Origin: Squalus acanthias
Lineage: Eukaryota
Reading direction: 5' to 3'
DNA length: 64,000 nt
Assembly (NCBI GenBank): GCA_030390025.1
Contig: JASTWF010000369.1
Coordinates: 372,001 to 436,000, forward strand
The notes below the pieces were generated by a model, which saw only the letters and a list, made by a program, of their open reading frames with translations, was not told the origin of the DNA and made no database searches. Positions 1 through 10,904 of the stretch are shown in pieces. Each line of letters starts with the position of its first letter. Position 1 is the stretch's first letter. The position numbers were made by a program, and so were the translations under genes.

Positions 1-1444
1 GGCGTATTTCGTGGGGTTCCCCACCAGCTGTCCCAACTATCATTCTTGCTGCAGATTCTTGCTTTCTGGGCAAAGCCCACCGCCCCCACCTTCCCTGCCT
101 GCAGCTCCCAGTGCACTTCGGCCCATTCCCGCCTCAGGAGCCCAGCCTCAGACCCACCCTTGCCGCCGGGCCGCATTATTGTATCAACCTTCCCCACCCC
201 CCGCCCCCGCCCCCCTACGGCAGTACATTTTAATGACCTTTCCTCACAACACTTCCCCACTCCTCCTCTAATATCTCAAAGTGACCCGTCCCCTCATTCC
301 CCACCACAGCAAAGAGACAAGAGGAAGCAAAAACACACTGAAGCTGAGAGGGAAATAGCTCAGCACAGAGCAAAAGTTCAAGCTCAGAAACCGAGCAGCT
401 CCATCACCACAGTGAAAGGGAACAACAATGGGAAAGCAGAACCAAAGAGTGAAGCAACAGCAATTCGGGCAAATAAAGAGTCTGATGTCTGAATTGGGTG
501 GTGAATGTAGATTAATCCATTTTCAAACCCAGATAGACTGTGAACAGCGATTCATTTGTTATCTAACTCTGAGGCCGTGCGGTGTGTGTGGGTTGTGGGT
601 ATGGAGTGGAGATAGACAGCAAGAAGCAATGGGAAAGATATAGAGAGAAAGCAAGTGTGTGAGAAGCACACAAGGAGGGGTGGGTGCAGATTATGGAAGA
701 GTCAGAAGATAACAGATATTTACAAAACGAGCGAAAAAGAACGAGGAACAGTCACAGATAGCCTGAAGTACAGAGATAGCAAAAGTGTTGTCTGATGTAT
801 TATGATATCGCGAGAAAGAGCAAGACAAAGAAAAGTGACGGACAAGAAAAGACAGTTATTGGGAGTGGAAGATTTCAGTTTTCCTGTTCTTGTCCATTAG
901 CAACAGCACAGAAGACCCAATAGTAACCAATAAAAATCACCGGAAGACAGAATATCCGGTTCATTTGTAGAGGAATAGAATAGTAAAGCAGGGAGGTAAT
1001 GTGCAATTTGGTTCAGTCATTCATTTCATTGATCTCTTTCTACTCTCTATCTCTGTATGGGTGAGTGTTGCTATTATTGATGGATTGTTCAGTATTGCTG
1101 CTCATGTCCTTACCCCAGGAGACTGTCTTCCCACCCGGCAAGCTGCTGTGCTCAATATGACAGGAGTATTGTCATATTTCTATTGCATTTGTGTTAACAA
1201 TTCTCTTCATAAATTCCTATGTCCACCTTTATAAGGAAGCTGCCACCGTCGGCTGGTCATGCTGTAATTACACCTTCCCACCGGTGGTGGCACTGTCGGA
1301 CTTAACTTTGCATTTCCCAGAGAAACTGCTGTGCTCCAACCAATTCTACTTCTCTGCTTCCCAAATTGAATAAATGTTGGTATTTAAATATAAATCTAGC
1401 TATATTATATTATAAATGTTATGTACTACCTGTCCACACAACCT

Positions 1445-2006
1445 ACTGCGTATAATTTTGGTTCCCTTATTTAAGGAGGGATATACTTGCATTGGAGGCA
1501 GTTCAGAGAAGGTTCACTAGGTTGATTCCTGGGATGGAAGGATTGTCTTATGAGGAAAGGTTGAACAGGTTGGGACTGTACTCATTGGAGTTTAAAAGAA
1601 TGTCAGATGATCTTATTGAAACATATAAGATTCTGAGGGGGTTGGACAGGGTTGATGCTGAGAGGATATTTCCCCTCATCAGGTAATCTAGAACTCGGGG
1701 GCAAGGTCTCAGAATAAGGGGTCGCCCATTTAAGACGGAGATGAGGAGGAATTTCTTCTCTCAGAGGGTCGTGAATCTTTGGAATTCTTTACCCCAGAGA
1801 GCTGTGGATGTGGAGTCATTGAATATATTCAAGGCTGAGATAGACAGATTTTTTAGCAACAAGGGAGTGAAGGGTTATGGCGAGCGGGCAGGAAAGTGAA
1901 GTTGAGGCCAAAATCGGATCAGCCATAATCTCATTAAATGGCAGAGCAGGCTCGAGGGGCCGAATGGCCTGTTCCTGCTCCTATTTCTTATGTTCTTATG
2001 TTCTTA
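1445..2006 (+). mobile_element. CR1 LINE 3' fragment
   Basis: ORF 1492-1686 EAVQRRFTRLIPGM..YEERL..LGLYSLE is the CR1 ORF2 C-terminus; tail (TTCTTATG)n. Confidence 0.9.
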
Positions 2007-2065
2007 CTTCCTGATGTCACACTCTTATCAACTTTTTCCCATTATCAATTCCTCTGAATTCATGT

Positions 2066-2402
2066 TCAAAATCATGAAGGACTTGGATAGAGTGAATAAG
2101 GAGAGAGGTCAGTAACCAGATGACACAGATTTAAGGTAATTGGAAAAAGTACCAGAGGTGATATGAGGATTTTTTTACGTGGTGGGTTGTTGTGATCTGG
2201 AATGCATTACCTGAGAAGGTGCTGGAAGCAGATTCAATGGTGACTTTCAAAAGGGAATTGGATAAATACTTGAAGGGAAAACGTCGCAGGGCTTTGGGGA
2301 AAGGGCAGGGGAGTGTGTCTAATTGGTTAGCTTTCAAAGACCCGGCACAGGCACGATGGGCAGAATGGCCTCTTTCTGTGCTGTATTATTCTACAATTCT
2401 AT
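2066..2402 (+). mobile_element. CR1 LINE 3' fragment (older subfamily)
   Basis: WNALPEKVLEADS..FKRELDKYL followed by a CR1-type 3'UTR. Confidence 0.85.
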
Positions 2403-2424
2403 AAGCCAACATTTAAAATGGGAA

Positions 2425-2860
2425 ATAACAACAGAAAACGCTGGAAAAACTCAGCAGGCCAGGCAGCATCCGTGGAGAGAGAAAGAGAGTTAACGTTTCA
2501 GGTCGATGACCTTTCATCAGAACTGGGAAGAGCCGGAAATCAAATAGATTTAAGGCCAGGGTAAAGCTGGGAAAAGGGGGAGGGGATAAAGGAACAAAGA
2601 GGGAGATGAAGAGACATTAAGAGACATTAAGAGATATGCAAGGCTAGAGGTGGTGTTAATGTGACAGATTAAGGCTGAATTAAGTGTGAAATCCACTGGC
2701 AGAATGAAGGACAGCTGCCAGCTTCTAGGAGGAAAAAAAAGGTGGGGGGGGACAAATAAAAGGGTGGATAAAATAAAATATAAATGTGATTGGAGCTGAG
2801 GTTATGATCTAAAATTGTTGAACTCGATATTGAGTTGCCGATGTAAAGTGTGTATGTTGC
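2425..2860 (-). mobile_element. Penelope-like element 3' fragment with hammerhead-like motif
   Basis: Homologous to 30088-30613. Motif at 2488-2524. Confidence 0.75.
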
Positions 2861-3150
2861 AATTGCACCCTCGCTCCAGTGGTGGCGCTGTAATGCCTCA
2901 GTTTTTTGTTGCCCAACTCTTCAGCCTATACTTCTGGAAAACTCCCGTGTATAAACCAACTCTACTTCTCACCTTCACAATTTTCCAGCAATGTTGATAC
3001 TTAACTATAAATAACATGCCAGAATATTAGCCAATGCTGTCACAATACATGCCAGAAGGTATGATATTAAATTGGGGACTGAGTTATGTTTGCACAGCAT
3101 AGGCTAACATTCCCTGTCCTCCAACCTTGTTACAATGGAATTGACTCCAT

Positions 3151-3336
3151 GGGGGTAATTTTAACTTTGGGTGAGAGTGTAAAATGGGCGATATTGGATC
3201 GTCTGCCAGTTTTGCACCCCGCCTGATTTTCATATCCATTGAGGTCAACGGAAGGGAATATCAGACAGGGAGTATATTGGGTAGTCAGTTCGATATCGCT
3301 CATTTTACACTATTGCCCAAATAAAACATTTACTCC
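3151..3336. mobile_element. Short palindromic MITE (probably PIF/Harbinger-derived)
   Basis: Fold-back structure: GGGGTAATTTT end, GTGTAAAATGGGCGATAT / ATATCGCTCATTTTACAC arms, central TCCATTGAGGTCAACGGA. Related copies at about 3626-3793, 5560-5720, 7000-7140, 32240-32410, 33670-33850 and 63620-63820. Confidence 0.6.
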
Positions 3337-3805
3337 TTCTGTATAGAAAACTGCGGGCAGTGCATTATGCTTTTCTGATAAGCCACCTGCAGGATATAAG
3401 ACGGCATTGGAGCCTTAAACTTACACATCTACATTAAATATCAAATATGTGCTCACCAATTTCACTGAGCAAATGCATTGATACGAATAATAATCATTCA
3501 ATTTAATATTAATATAATTGAATAAACACAATATTGCCAATATGATTCAATAAATGTATTATTTCCAACGTCATTCAATAAATGTGTTACTAATATCATT
3601 CATCAAAAGTAATATTACCATGAATGGGGGGGTTAATTTTAAATTGTGGTCATAGTGTAAAGCGGACAATATCGGGTCAGTGGCCTGTTATAAACCTCGC
3701 CCAATTGAAAGGGAATCCCAGCGAGGTGTAGAACGGGCGGTCGGTCCAATATTGGCCATTTAACTCTTTTGCTGAAGAGTTAAAAATTACCCCAATAAAC
3801 ATATT

Positions 3806-4531
3806 GGTCCAAATTTTCCGATCCCTACGGGTGGGTATGCGCTGTGCACCCACCCGTAGGGACATCGGAAGTGCCGGTTTCAGGCATGCACAGCGCATGC
3901 GCTGAAAACCGTTATTTCCGATCTGCCTGCCCTGGAGAAGGGCCTCTGCGGACGGATAGTTCCGCTTTTTGGAAAACTTCCACCCGCCGAACACGCTTAC
4001 AATTCTTACGCCTGGTAAAAGCAGGGGTAAGGTCTGCTTTTACCAGGATAAGAGTTGAAAAAAGTTTTTTTTTAAATTCACTGATTTATCTTTTAAAAAC
4101 ACTTTTTAAAAAAGGTAAGTTTATTTTTAGCCCCGTGAAAAACTTTAATTATTTTTTCAAAAAATTAAATTTTTGTTTAAAATGTTTAATTTATTGCAAC
4201 TTCAAGTCATTTTAAAAATGCGGTTTTTTTTAAATTTATTGGAAGTTTTACTATTTTTTTGGGGTGATTTCCATTCATATATTTGACAGTTCTTCCTGTC
4301 AAGGGAATAAAGGGAGATTCCCTTCTTTGATTGGTTCCCCATGGCCCACGTGATCCCAGGGATGCTGCGAACTACATGCGCCTCTGGGAGACGTGGACCC
4401 TGCACACCTGCAGTTTGGAGAGGCCCAGGAGCGGAAGTGTGCGCGTCCCAGGAACCCTCAGGTAAGGGCGTAGATTTTGCCAGATCGCAGGCCTCCGCAC
4501 GTGGGAGGCCTGCCATCGGAAAATACGGGCC
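3806..4531. mobile_element. Non-autonomous DNA transposon (MITE) with terminal inverted repeats
   Basis: TIRs GGTCCAAATTTTCCGAT / ATCGGAAAATACGGGCC, several internal hairpins and an AT-rich core. Confidence 0.75.
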
Positions 4532-4721
4532 AATATGATTAGTTACATGTAAAATACCAGCAAAATAATTAAATAAATATAATATTACAAATGTCATTAA
4601 TTAAATGTAATAATACAAATAACATTCAATAAACACTGGTGGTGGTGGGGAGGGGCGGATATTTAACTGTTAGCACCAGGTGAAATATGACCAATGCTGA
4701 ATGGGCCGCCCACATTACACC

Positions 4722-5130
4722 ATGTCCGAGCCTGGAGGAGTCCGTGATCCATGTATATATCGAATGCGAGAGGTTGCGGCCCCTCTTCCATTATTTGAAG
4801 GGGCTGCTCCTAGATTTTTGGCAGCACTTCAGTCCCACGCTCCTGATCTTTGGTCACCCGGTGCAGAGGGGAGCGGGCAGGTCGGGGGAGCTCCTCGTAG
4901 GACTGCTCCTGGGTCTGGTTAAAGTGGCCATCAACTGGTCCAGGCAGAGGGCGGTCGAGGGGATCGTTCTGCCCGACTGCCGGCTTCTCTTCCGCGGCCA
5001 TGTTCGCGCCCGGGTGGCCCTGGAGATGGAGCCCACGTGTCCGCCGGCACGCTCGTGATCTTGCACGACCGGTGGGCACCACAGGGACTGGAGTGCATCT
5101 TCACCCCCGGTAACCAAATTTTAATTTAAG
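4722..5130 (+). mobile_element. Tx1/L1-clade LINE 3' fragment
   Basis: EESVIHVYIECERLRPLF..LLIFG..LLLGLVKVAI resembles the ORF2 C-terminal zinc-knuckle region (E-x3-H-x4-C) of L1/Tx1 elements. Confidence 0.7.
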
Positions 5131-5773
5131 TTGTTAGGTTTACTTTAATGTTTTTTTTTAGTTACACTTTATTTGTTAATAGTGTGCACCAAAAGAGTAG
5201 AACATGTCCAATTTTCAGAAAATCGATTAAGGTGTAAAACGGCAGCTGATTCACAGGCGCCCATATTTCGCCCGTTTTAAACCACATCTCATTTTCTTTA
5301 TCGATCGAGGTGTAAAACAACAGCTGAGTCACAGGCACCCGGATTTTATCTGGCGATGAAAGTGAAATTCAGCTTCAGCAGGGTTGCTGAACGGGTGGCA
5401 GCGGAAAAGCCGCCTGTTATAGACCCTGGTCCATTTTACTGTGAAGTGAATGTAAAGGAAAATCACGCAGGATGTATAAAGGGAAGCCTCGCTGCTACTT
5501 TACATTTTACACCCACCAACACTGAATTTCACCCCCAGTATCACCAACATCATTCATTGGGGTTAATGTTACCTTCCAGAGATGGTGTAAAATGGGTGAT
5601 ATGCAATTAGTTGCCCATTATACACCTCGCCTAATGTTCCTTTCTATTGAAGTCAATGAAGGGAAAATCAGGCGGGTTTATATCAGGCAGTTCGATATCA
5701 CTCATGTTACACTATCCCCCAACTTTAAATGACCCCTGTCGTTCGCTGCATTCATTCAAACGAATACACTCAC

Positions 5774-6034
5774 TTGATGTTTGGTTGTTCTGCTGCAACC
5801 ATCTATCAACCTGTCCCTTGATTAATCCGTGGAAACCAGCTTGAGTGATTGTGAAATCGTCCCAGTAACTCTTCTCAAATGCTTCCGCCATCCATTGCTG
5901 TCTTGGAACAGTTATTTTCATATTTTCGTCATAATAGTCTATCTCACAGCCATCCAAAAGCCCCATAACACTATACTCCGGCAGATCAACACTCCCATGG
6001 TTCAGGGTGTAGTAATATAGCAGAGAGTGAGACT
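5774..6034 (-). CDS. MHC class I-like heavy chain, alpha1-domain exon (gene A; non-classical)
   Basis: 261-nt phase-1/phase-1 exon with acceptor tgtgtcctag and donor gtgagt. Encodes (E)SHSLLYYYTLNHGSVDLPEYSVMGLLDGCEIDYYDENMKITVPRQQWMAEAFEKSYWDDFTITQAGFHGLIKGQVDRWLQQNNQTS, with class I hallmarks HSLxY, LDG, YD, PxxxW, YW and the NQT glycosylation site at position 86. Confidence 0.92.
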
Positions 6035-7219
6035 CTAGGACACAATAAAAAAAACTCATTGGCATAACAAATATCAGAAATGTCAGTTTACTAAACAACT
6101 TGGGAAAAAATAATTTCAGAAAAATGCGAGATCACCGAATGTTTTGCCATCGCTCCCGTGTTAAACCATTGCAGAGAAGGCAAAATGAGCCTTAATATTA
6201 AATATTATCCATTACAAGAATATTCCCATTTTCGAAATAAATGAAAAATGTGATTGTTCGAATAAATTACATCAGCTCAGCTCATTTCTAAATCGTAACT
6301 TTAAGATTTTAGTCCCACGTCTGACCTGGGGATTCTTTGGTGAATTAGTGAGGAAGTGCACCCAGAATTATGGTACGAAGCCATGCAGAATCCATCCCTG
6401 GTGTGTGCGCAGTGATCAGCTCCCAGCCCGCTGCTTGTAGCGACATTAAAATTGGCCTCAGATTTACTGAGCGAAAGAGGGGAAAAAGCAGCTTGAATAT
6501 ATGCAAATTGGCATTAAACGACGTTATCAAGGCCCTCAACAACATTTTCCTCTCTGCCCACATTGTTCCCACTAGTTCCTGATCCTGCCTGCAAAATGGA
6601 ACCTCTTGGGAGGCAGATATGAAAGGGATCCTCAGTTGGTCTCAAATGAATTGCTGGAATATTTGGGTGACATTTTTCTTCTACTGTATTATGTTGTGGG
6701 ATTTCACGACTTAATCCATTTAAATTGCTTGTACTGGCTGCTGAATATTTTGAACTGTTAATGGGCTTCTGGTAATTGCACTCTGGAATGTCGTGAAGGG
6801 TCTGTTATGATTGGAGGAGAGCCATGGGCAGTGGGGAGGAAAGGATTAGCAGTGCAGCAGCTAACTTCAGGTGGTGCGAGGCTATGCAGACAGTAAGAGA
6901 GATGTGAAGCCGAGTCTTACTTTGGCAGTCCTGGTGAGGTCATTAACCTTCTTCCTGCAATGCAGCTAGATCCTTTGGAAAATGGATTATAAATTTGTCT
7001 TGGGCGGCAGAGCGGAATGGGCGATAGCGAATCAGCAGCCAGATTTGCCCATCATCTGAATTTCTATTCGATTGAAGTAATTGGAAAAGAAAATTGGGCG
7101 ATAGACCAAAACAGGCTGTCTTTCTCCATCAGCCGCTTCCGGGTACCATGCAATTTATACCCAATGTTGCTGCCATTGGCTTGCTCATCCACCTCTCGCC
7201 ATTACAGCTGACCAAACTA

Positions 7220-10200
7220 ACTTGGCAGGGGGATGGGACACAGAGTGGAGCTATAGTAGGGGGTGATGCACAGCCAAATATAGAGGAAAAAACAAGTCAG
7301 CCTGGAAGGCAGAGCAAATATGTAACGGCAGAAGGGAGTATACCAAGGCTGGATGGCATTTATTTTAATGCAAGGAGTCTTGAGAGTAAGGCATATGAAT
7401 TGAAGGTGTTGATGAACACATGGGAGTATGACATTGTTGCTATCACAGAGACATGGTTGAGGGAAGGGCAGGACTGGGGTATAGAATCTTCAGGCGAGAC
7501 AGAGGTGGGTGTAAAAGAGGAGGGGTGTCGTAATATTAATTAAGGAGTCAATTACTGCTGTAAGGAGGGATGATATCTTAGCAGGTTCCTCTAATGAGGC
7601 CATATAGGTAGAACTTAAAAACAAAAAGTGGGCAAGCACTTTGCTGGGAGTGTACTATAGGCCCCCAAACAGTCAGGGGGAGATAGAGGAACAGATATGT
7701 AGGCAAATTTCAGAGAAGTGTAGAAATAATAGGGTAATAATAATAGGGGATTTCAACTTCCCCAATATTAACTGGGATAGTCATAGTGTGAAACGCTTTG
7801 AGGGTGCGGAATTCTTAAAGTGCATCCAGGAGAGCTTTTTGAGCCAGCATGTAGAAAGTCCTACAAGACAGGGGGCGGTACTGGACCTAATTCTAGGGAA
7901 TGTAGCCGTGCAAATGGTAGAAGTGTCAGTAGGAGAGCATTTTGTTGACAGTGACCACAATTCGGTGAGATATAAAGTTGTCATGGAAAAGGACACAGAT
8001 GAACCGGAAATAAGGGTTCTAAATTGGGGGAAGGACGATTTTAATATGATAAGGCAGGATCTGGCCAAAGTGGACTGGAATCAGCTACTTGTAGGAAAAT
8101 CCACATCAGAGCAGCGGGAGTCTTTCAGAAAGGAAATAGAGAGACTCAAACACCAACATGTTCCCGTAAAGGTCAAGGGTGGTACCAACAAACCCAGGGA
8201 ACCCTGGATGTCAAGGGATATACAAGAATGGATGACGGAAAAAAGGGAGGCTTTTGGCAGATACAAAGGAATAAAAAACAGTGGAAGCCCTAGTGGAGTA
8301 TAGAAAATTCAAGGGGATCCTTAAAAAATAACTTAGAAGAGCGAAGAGGGGGCATGAAAAAACACTGGCGGGCAAAATAAAGGAAAATCCCAAGGTGTTT
8401 TATAAGTATATTAAGGGCAAGAGGATAACCAGGGAAAGAGTAGGGCCCATTAGGGACCAAAGTGGCAATCTGTGTGTAGAGCCGGAAGATGTAGGTGAGG
8501 TTTGAAAAGAATATTTTGCATCTGTGTTCACAATGCAGAAGGACGATGTAGGCATAGAAATCAGGCAGAGGGATTGTGATATACTTGAACAAATTAGTAT
8601 TGAGAGGGAGGAGGTACTAGCGGTTTTAGCGGGCTTAAAAGTGGATAAATCCCCAGGCCCTAACGAGATGTATCTCAGGCTGTTGTGTGAGGCAAGGGAG
8701 GAGATTGCAGGGGCTCTGACACAAATTTTCAGAACCTCTCTCGCCACAGGGGAGCTGCCAGAGGACTGGAGAACAGCTAACGTACTACCATTATTCAAGA
8801 AGGGTAGTAGGGATAAACCAGGGAATTACAGGCCAGTGAGCCTAACATCAGTGATAGGGAAATTATTGGAAAAATTCTGAGGGACAGAATTAGTCTCCAC
8901 TTGGAGAGGCAAGGATTAATCAAGAATAGTCAGCATGGCTTTGTCAGGGGGAGATCGTGTCTAACCAATTAGATCGAATTTTTCGAGGGGGTGACTAGGT
9001 GTGTGGATGAGGGTAGTGCAGTTGATGTAGTCTACATGGACTTCAGTAAGGCATTTGACAAAGTCCCGCATGGGAGGCTGGTCAAGAAAATAAGATCCCA
9101 TGGGATCCAGGGCAATTTGGCACATTGGATCCAAAATTGGCTTAGTGGCAGGAGGCAGAGAGTGATGGTCGAAGGTTGTTTTTGTGACTGGAAGCCTGTG
9201 TCCAGTGGCGTACCGCAGGCATCGGTGCTGGGTCCTTTGCTGTTTCTAGTGTACATTAATGATTTAGATATCAATGTAGGTGGTATGATCAGTAAGTTCG
9301 CAGATGACACGAAAATTGATGGAGTGGTAAATAACGAGGAGGGAAGCCTCTGGCTACAGGACGATATAGACGGATTGGTTAGATGGCAGAACAGTGGCAA
9401 ATGGAATTTAACCCTGAAAAGTGTGAGGTGATGCATTTCTGGAGGACTAACAAGGCAAGGTAATAAACATTGAATGGTAGGATTCTAGGAAGGACAGAGG
9501 ATCAGAGGGACCTTGGTGTGCATGTACATAGATCCCTGAAGGCAGCAGCATAGGTAGATAAAGTGGTTAAAAAGGCATATGGGATACTTGCCTTCATTAG
9601 CGGAGGCATAGAATATAAGAGCAGGGAGGTTATGATGGAGCTGTACAAAATGCTAGTTAGGCAACAGCTGGAATACTGTGTGCAGTTCTGGACGCCACAC
9701 TATAGGAGGGATGTGATTGCATTGGAGAGGGTGCAGAGGAGATTCATCAGGAAGTCATCTGGGCTGGAGCGCTTTGGCTATGAAGAGAGAATGGACAGGC
9801 TGGGGTTGTTTTCCTTAGAGCAGAGAAGACTGAGGGGGGACCTGATTGAGGTGTACAAAATTATGAGGGTGATAGATAGGGTAGATAGAAAGGAACTTTT
9901 CCCATTAGTAGAGGGATCAATAACCAGGGGGCAAAGATTCAAGGTAAGGAGCAGGAGGTTTAGAGGGGATTTGATGAAAACCTTTTCACCCAGTGGGTGG
10001 TTGGAATCTGGAACTCACTGTCTGAAATGGTGGTAGAGGCAGGAACCCTCACAACATTCAAGAAGCATTTAGATGAGCACTTGAAACGCCATAGCATACA
10101 AGGCTACGGACCAAGTGCTGGAAAATGGGATTAGAATAGACAGGACTTGATGGCCGGCGCGGACACGATGGGCCGAAGGGCCTCTTTCTGTGCTGTATAA

Positions 10201-10222
10201 CTCTGTCACTCTATGACTCTAA
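7220..10222 (+). mobile_element. CR1 LINE, most of ORF2 (APE endonuclease + RT), disrupted
   Basis: YFNARSL, AITETWL, YRPP, GDFN, DHN, NYRPVSLTS, DFSKAFDKVPH, GVPQ and FADD motifs across ORFs 7094-10036. Stops and frameshifts present. Tail (CTATGACT)n. Confidence 0.95.
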
Positions 10223-10529
10223 TTTGACGGGCCTGTTGTTTCCTATTAGAGGAGACGTGGTCCCCAATACCAGTGCTAACTTGCTCGATAAGCGTTTCCA
10301 CCGCTGCCCCAGAGAATCGGAGGACAGCTGACCAGGTCATGCAAACTGCTGCTCCAGTAAGTCGCTCTCCATTAACCGCCCTTGAAAAGTGCACCGTCCC
10401 TTTGAGGGACTGCAGGCTGCCTTTAAATCAAAAGGCCTTGGCGCTTATTTCATGTAAATGAAGCCGGATCACGAAAATTATACTGTCCCCACCAACTTAA
10501 TCTATCTGACGGGCGGTGCATTGGTTTAC

Positions 10530-10735
10530 CAAACCTCCAGAACTATCCCAGAGTCTCCAGGAACTAAAGATTAATCTCCTGGACACCGCTGCAAGAAACT
10601 AGAGAGAAAGATAACAACAACAGCACAACAATCACAATTACAATAATATTAGAGCTGGGAACAGAAGGCGGGTTGACTGGGCTGGAGGTCATGTGATGAA
10701 AGCTGCTGGAATGAGTCCAACCAGAGTTGGCAACA
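10530..10735 (-). mobile_element. Possible hAT-type non-autonomous element fragment
   Basis: GTTGCCAAC terminus-like motif and CCAGGAACTAAAGATTAATCTCC, resembling common vertebrate hAT MITEs. Confidence 0.35.
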
Positions 10736-10904
10736 CGTCGGCCTGATTCACCGCACAAATCCCCATCTATGATTGACGGACATTACTTCAGTCCTTCAGT
10801 AGCTCTCCGGCACCTTTCTTAAGCGTCCAGCGCCACACGAGCCCTTATCATCACCTCACGATTTCAACTAACACAGGAGCTCCCCCAGGTCATCCGCAAG
10901 GTCC

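Noticed and set aside
7641..10036. Active autonomous CR1
   Set aside because: ORF2 is broken by several stops and frameshifts, and ORF1 is absent.
10564..10758. Hydrophobic stretch IIVIVIVVLLLLSFSL resembling a class I transmembrane exon
   Set aside because: It lies upstream of alpha1 in gene A orientation, sits within a probable transposon fragment and lacks suitable splice sites.
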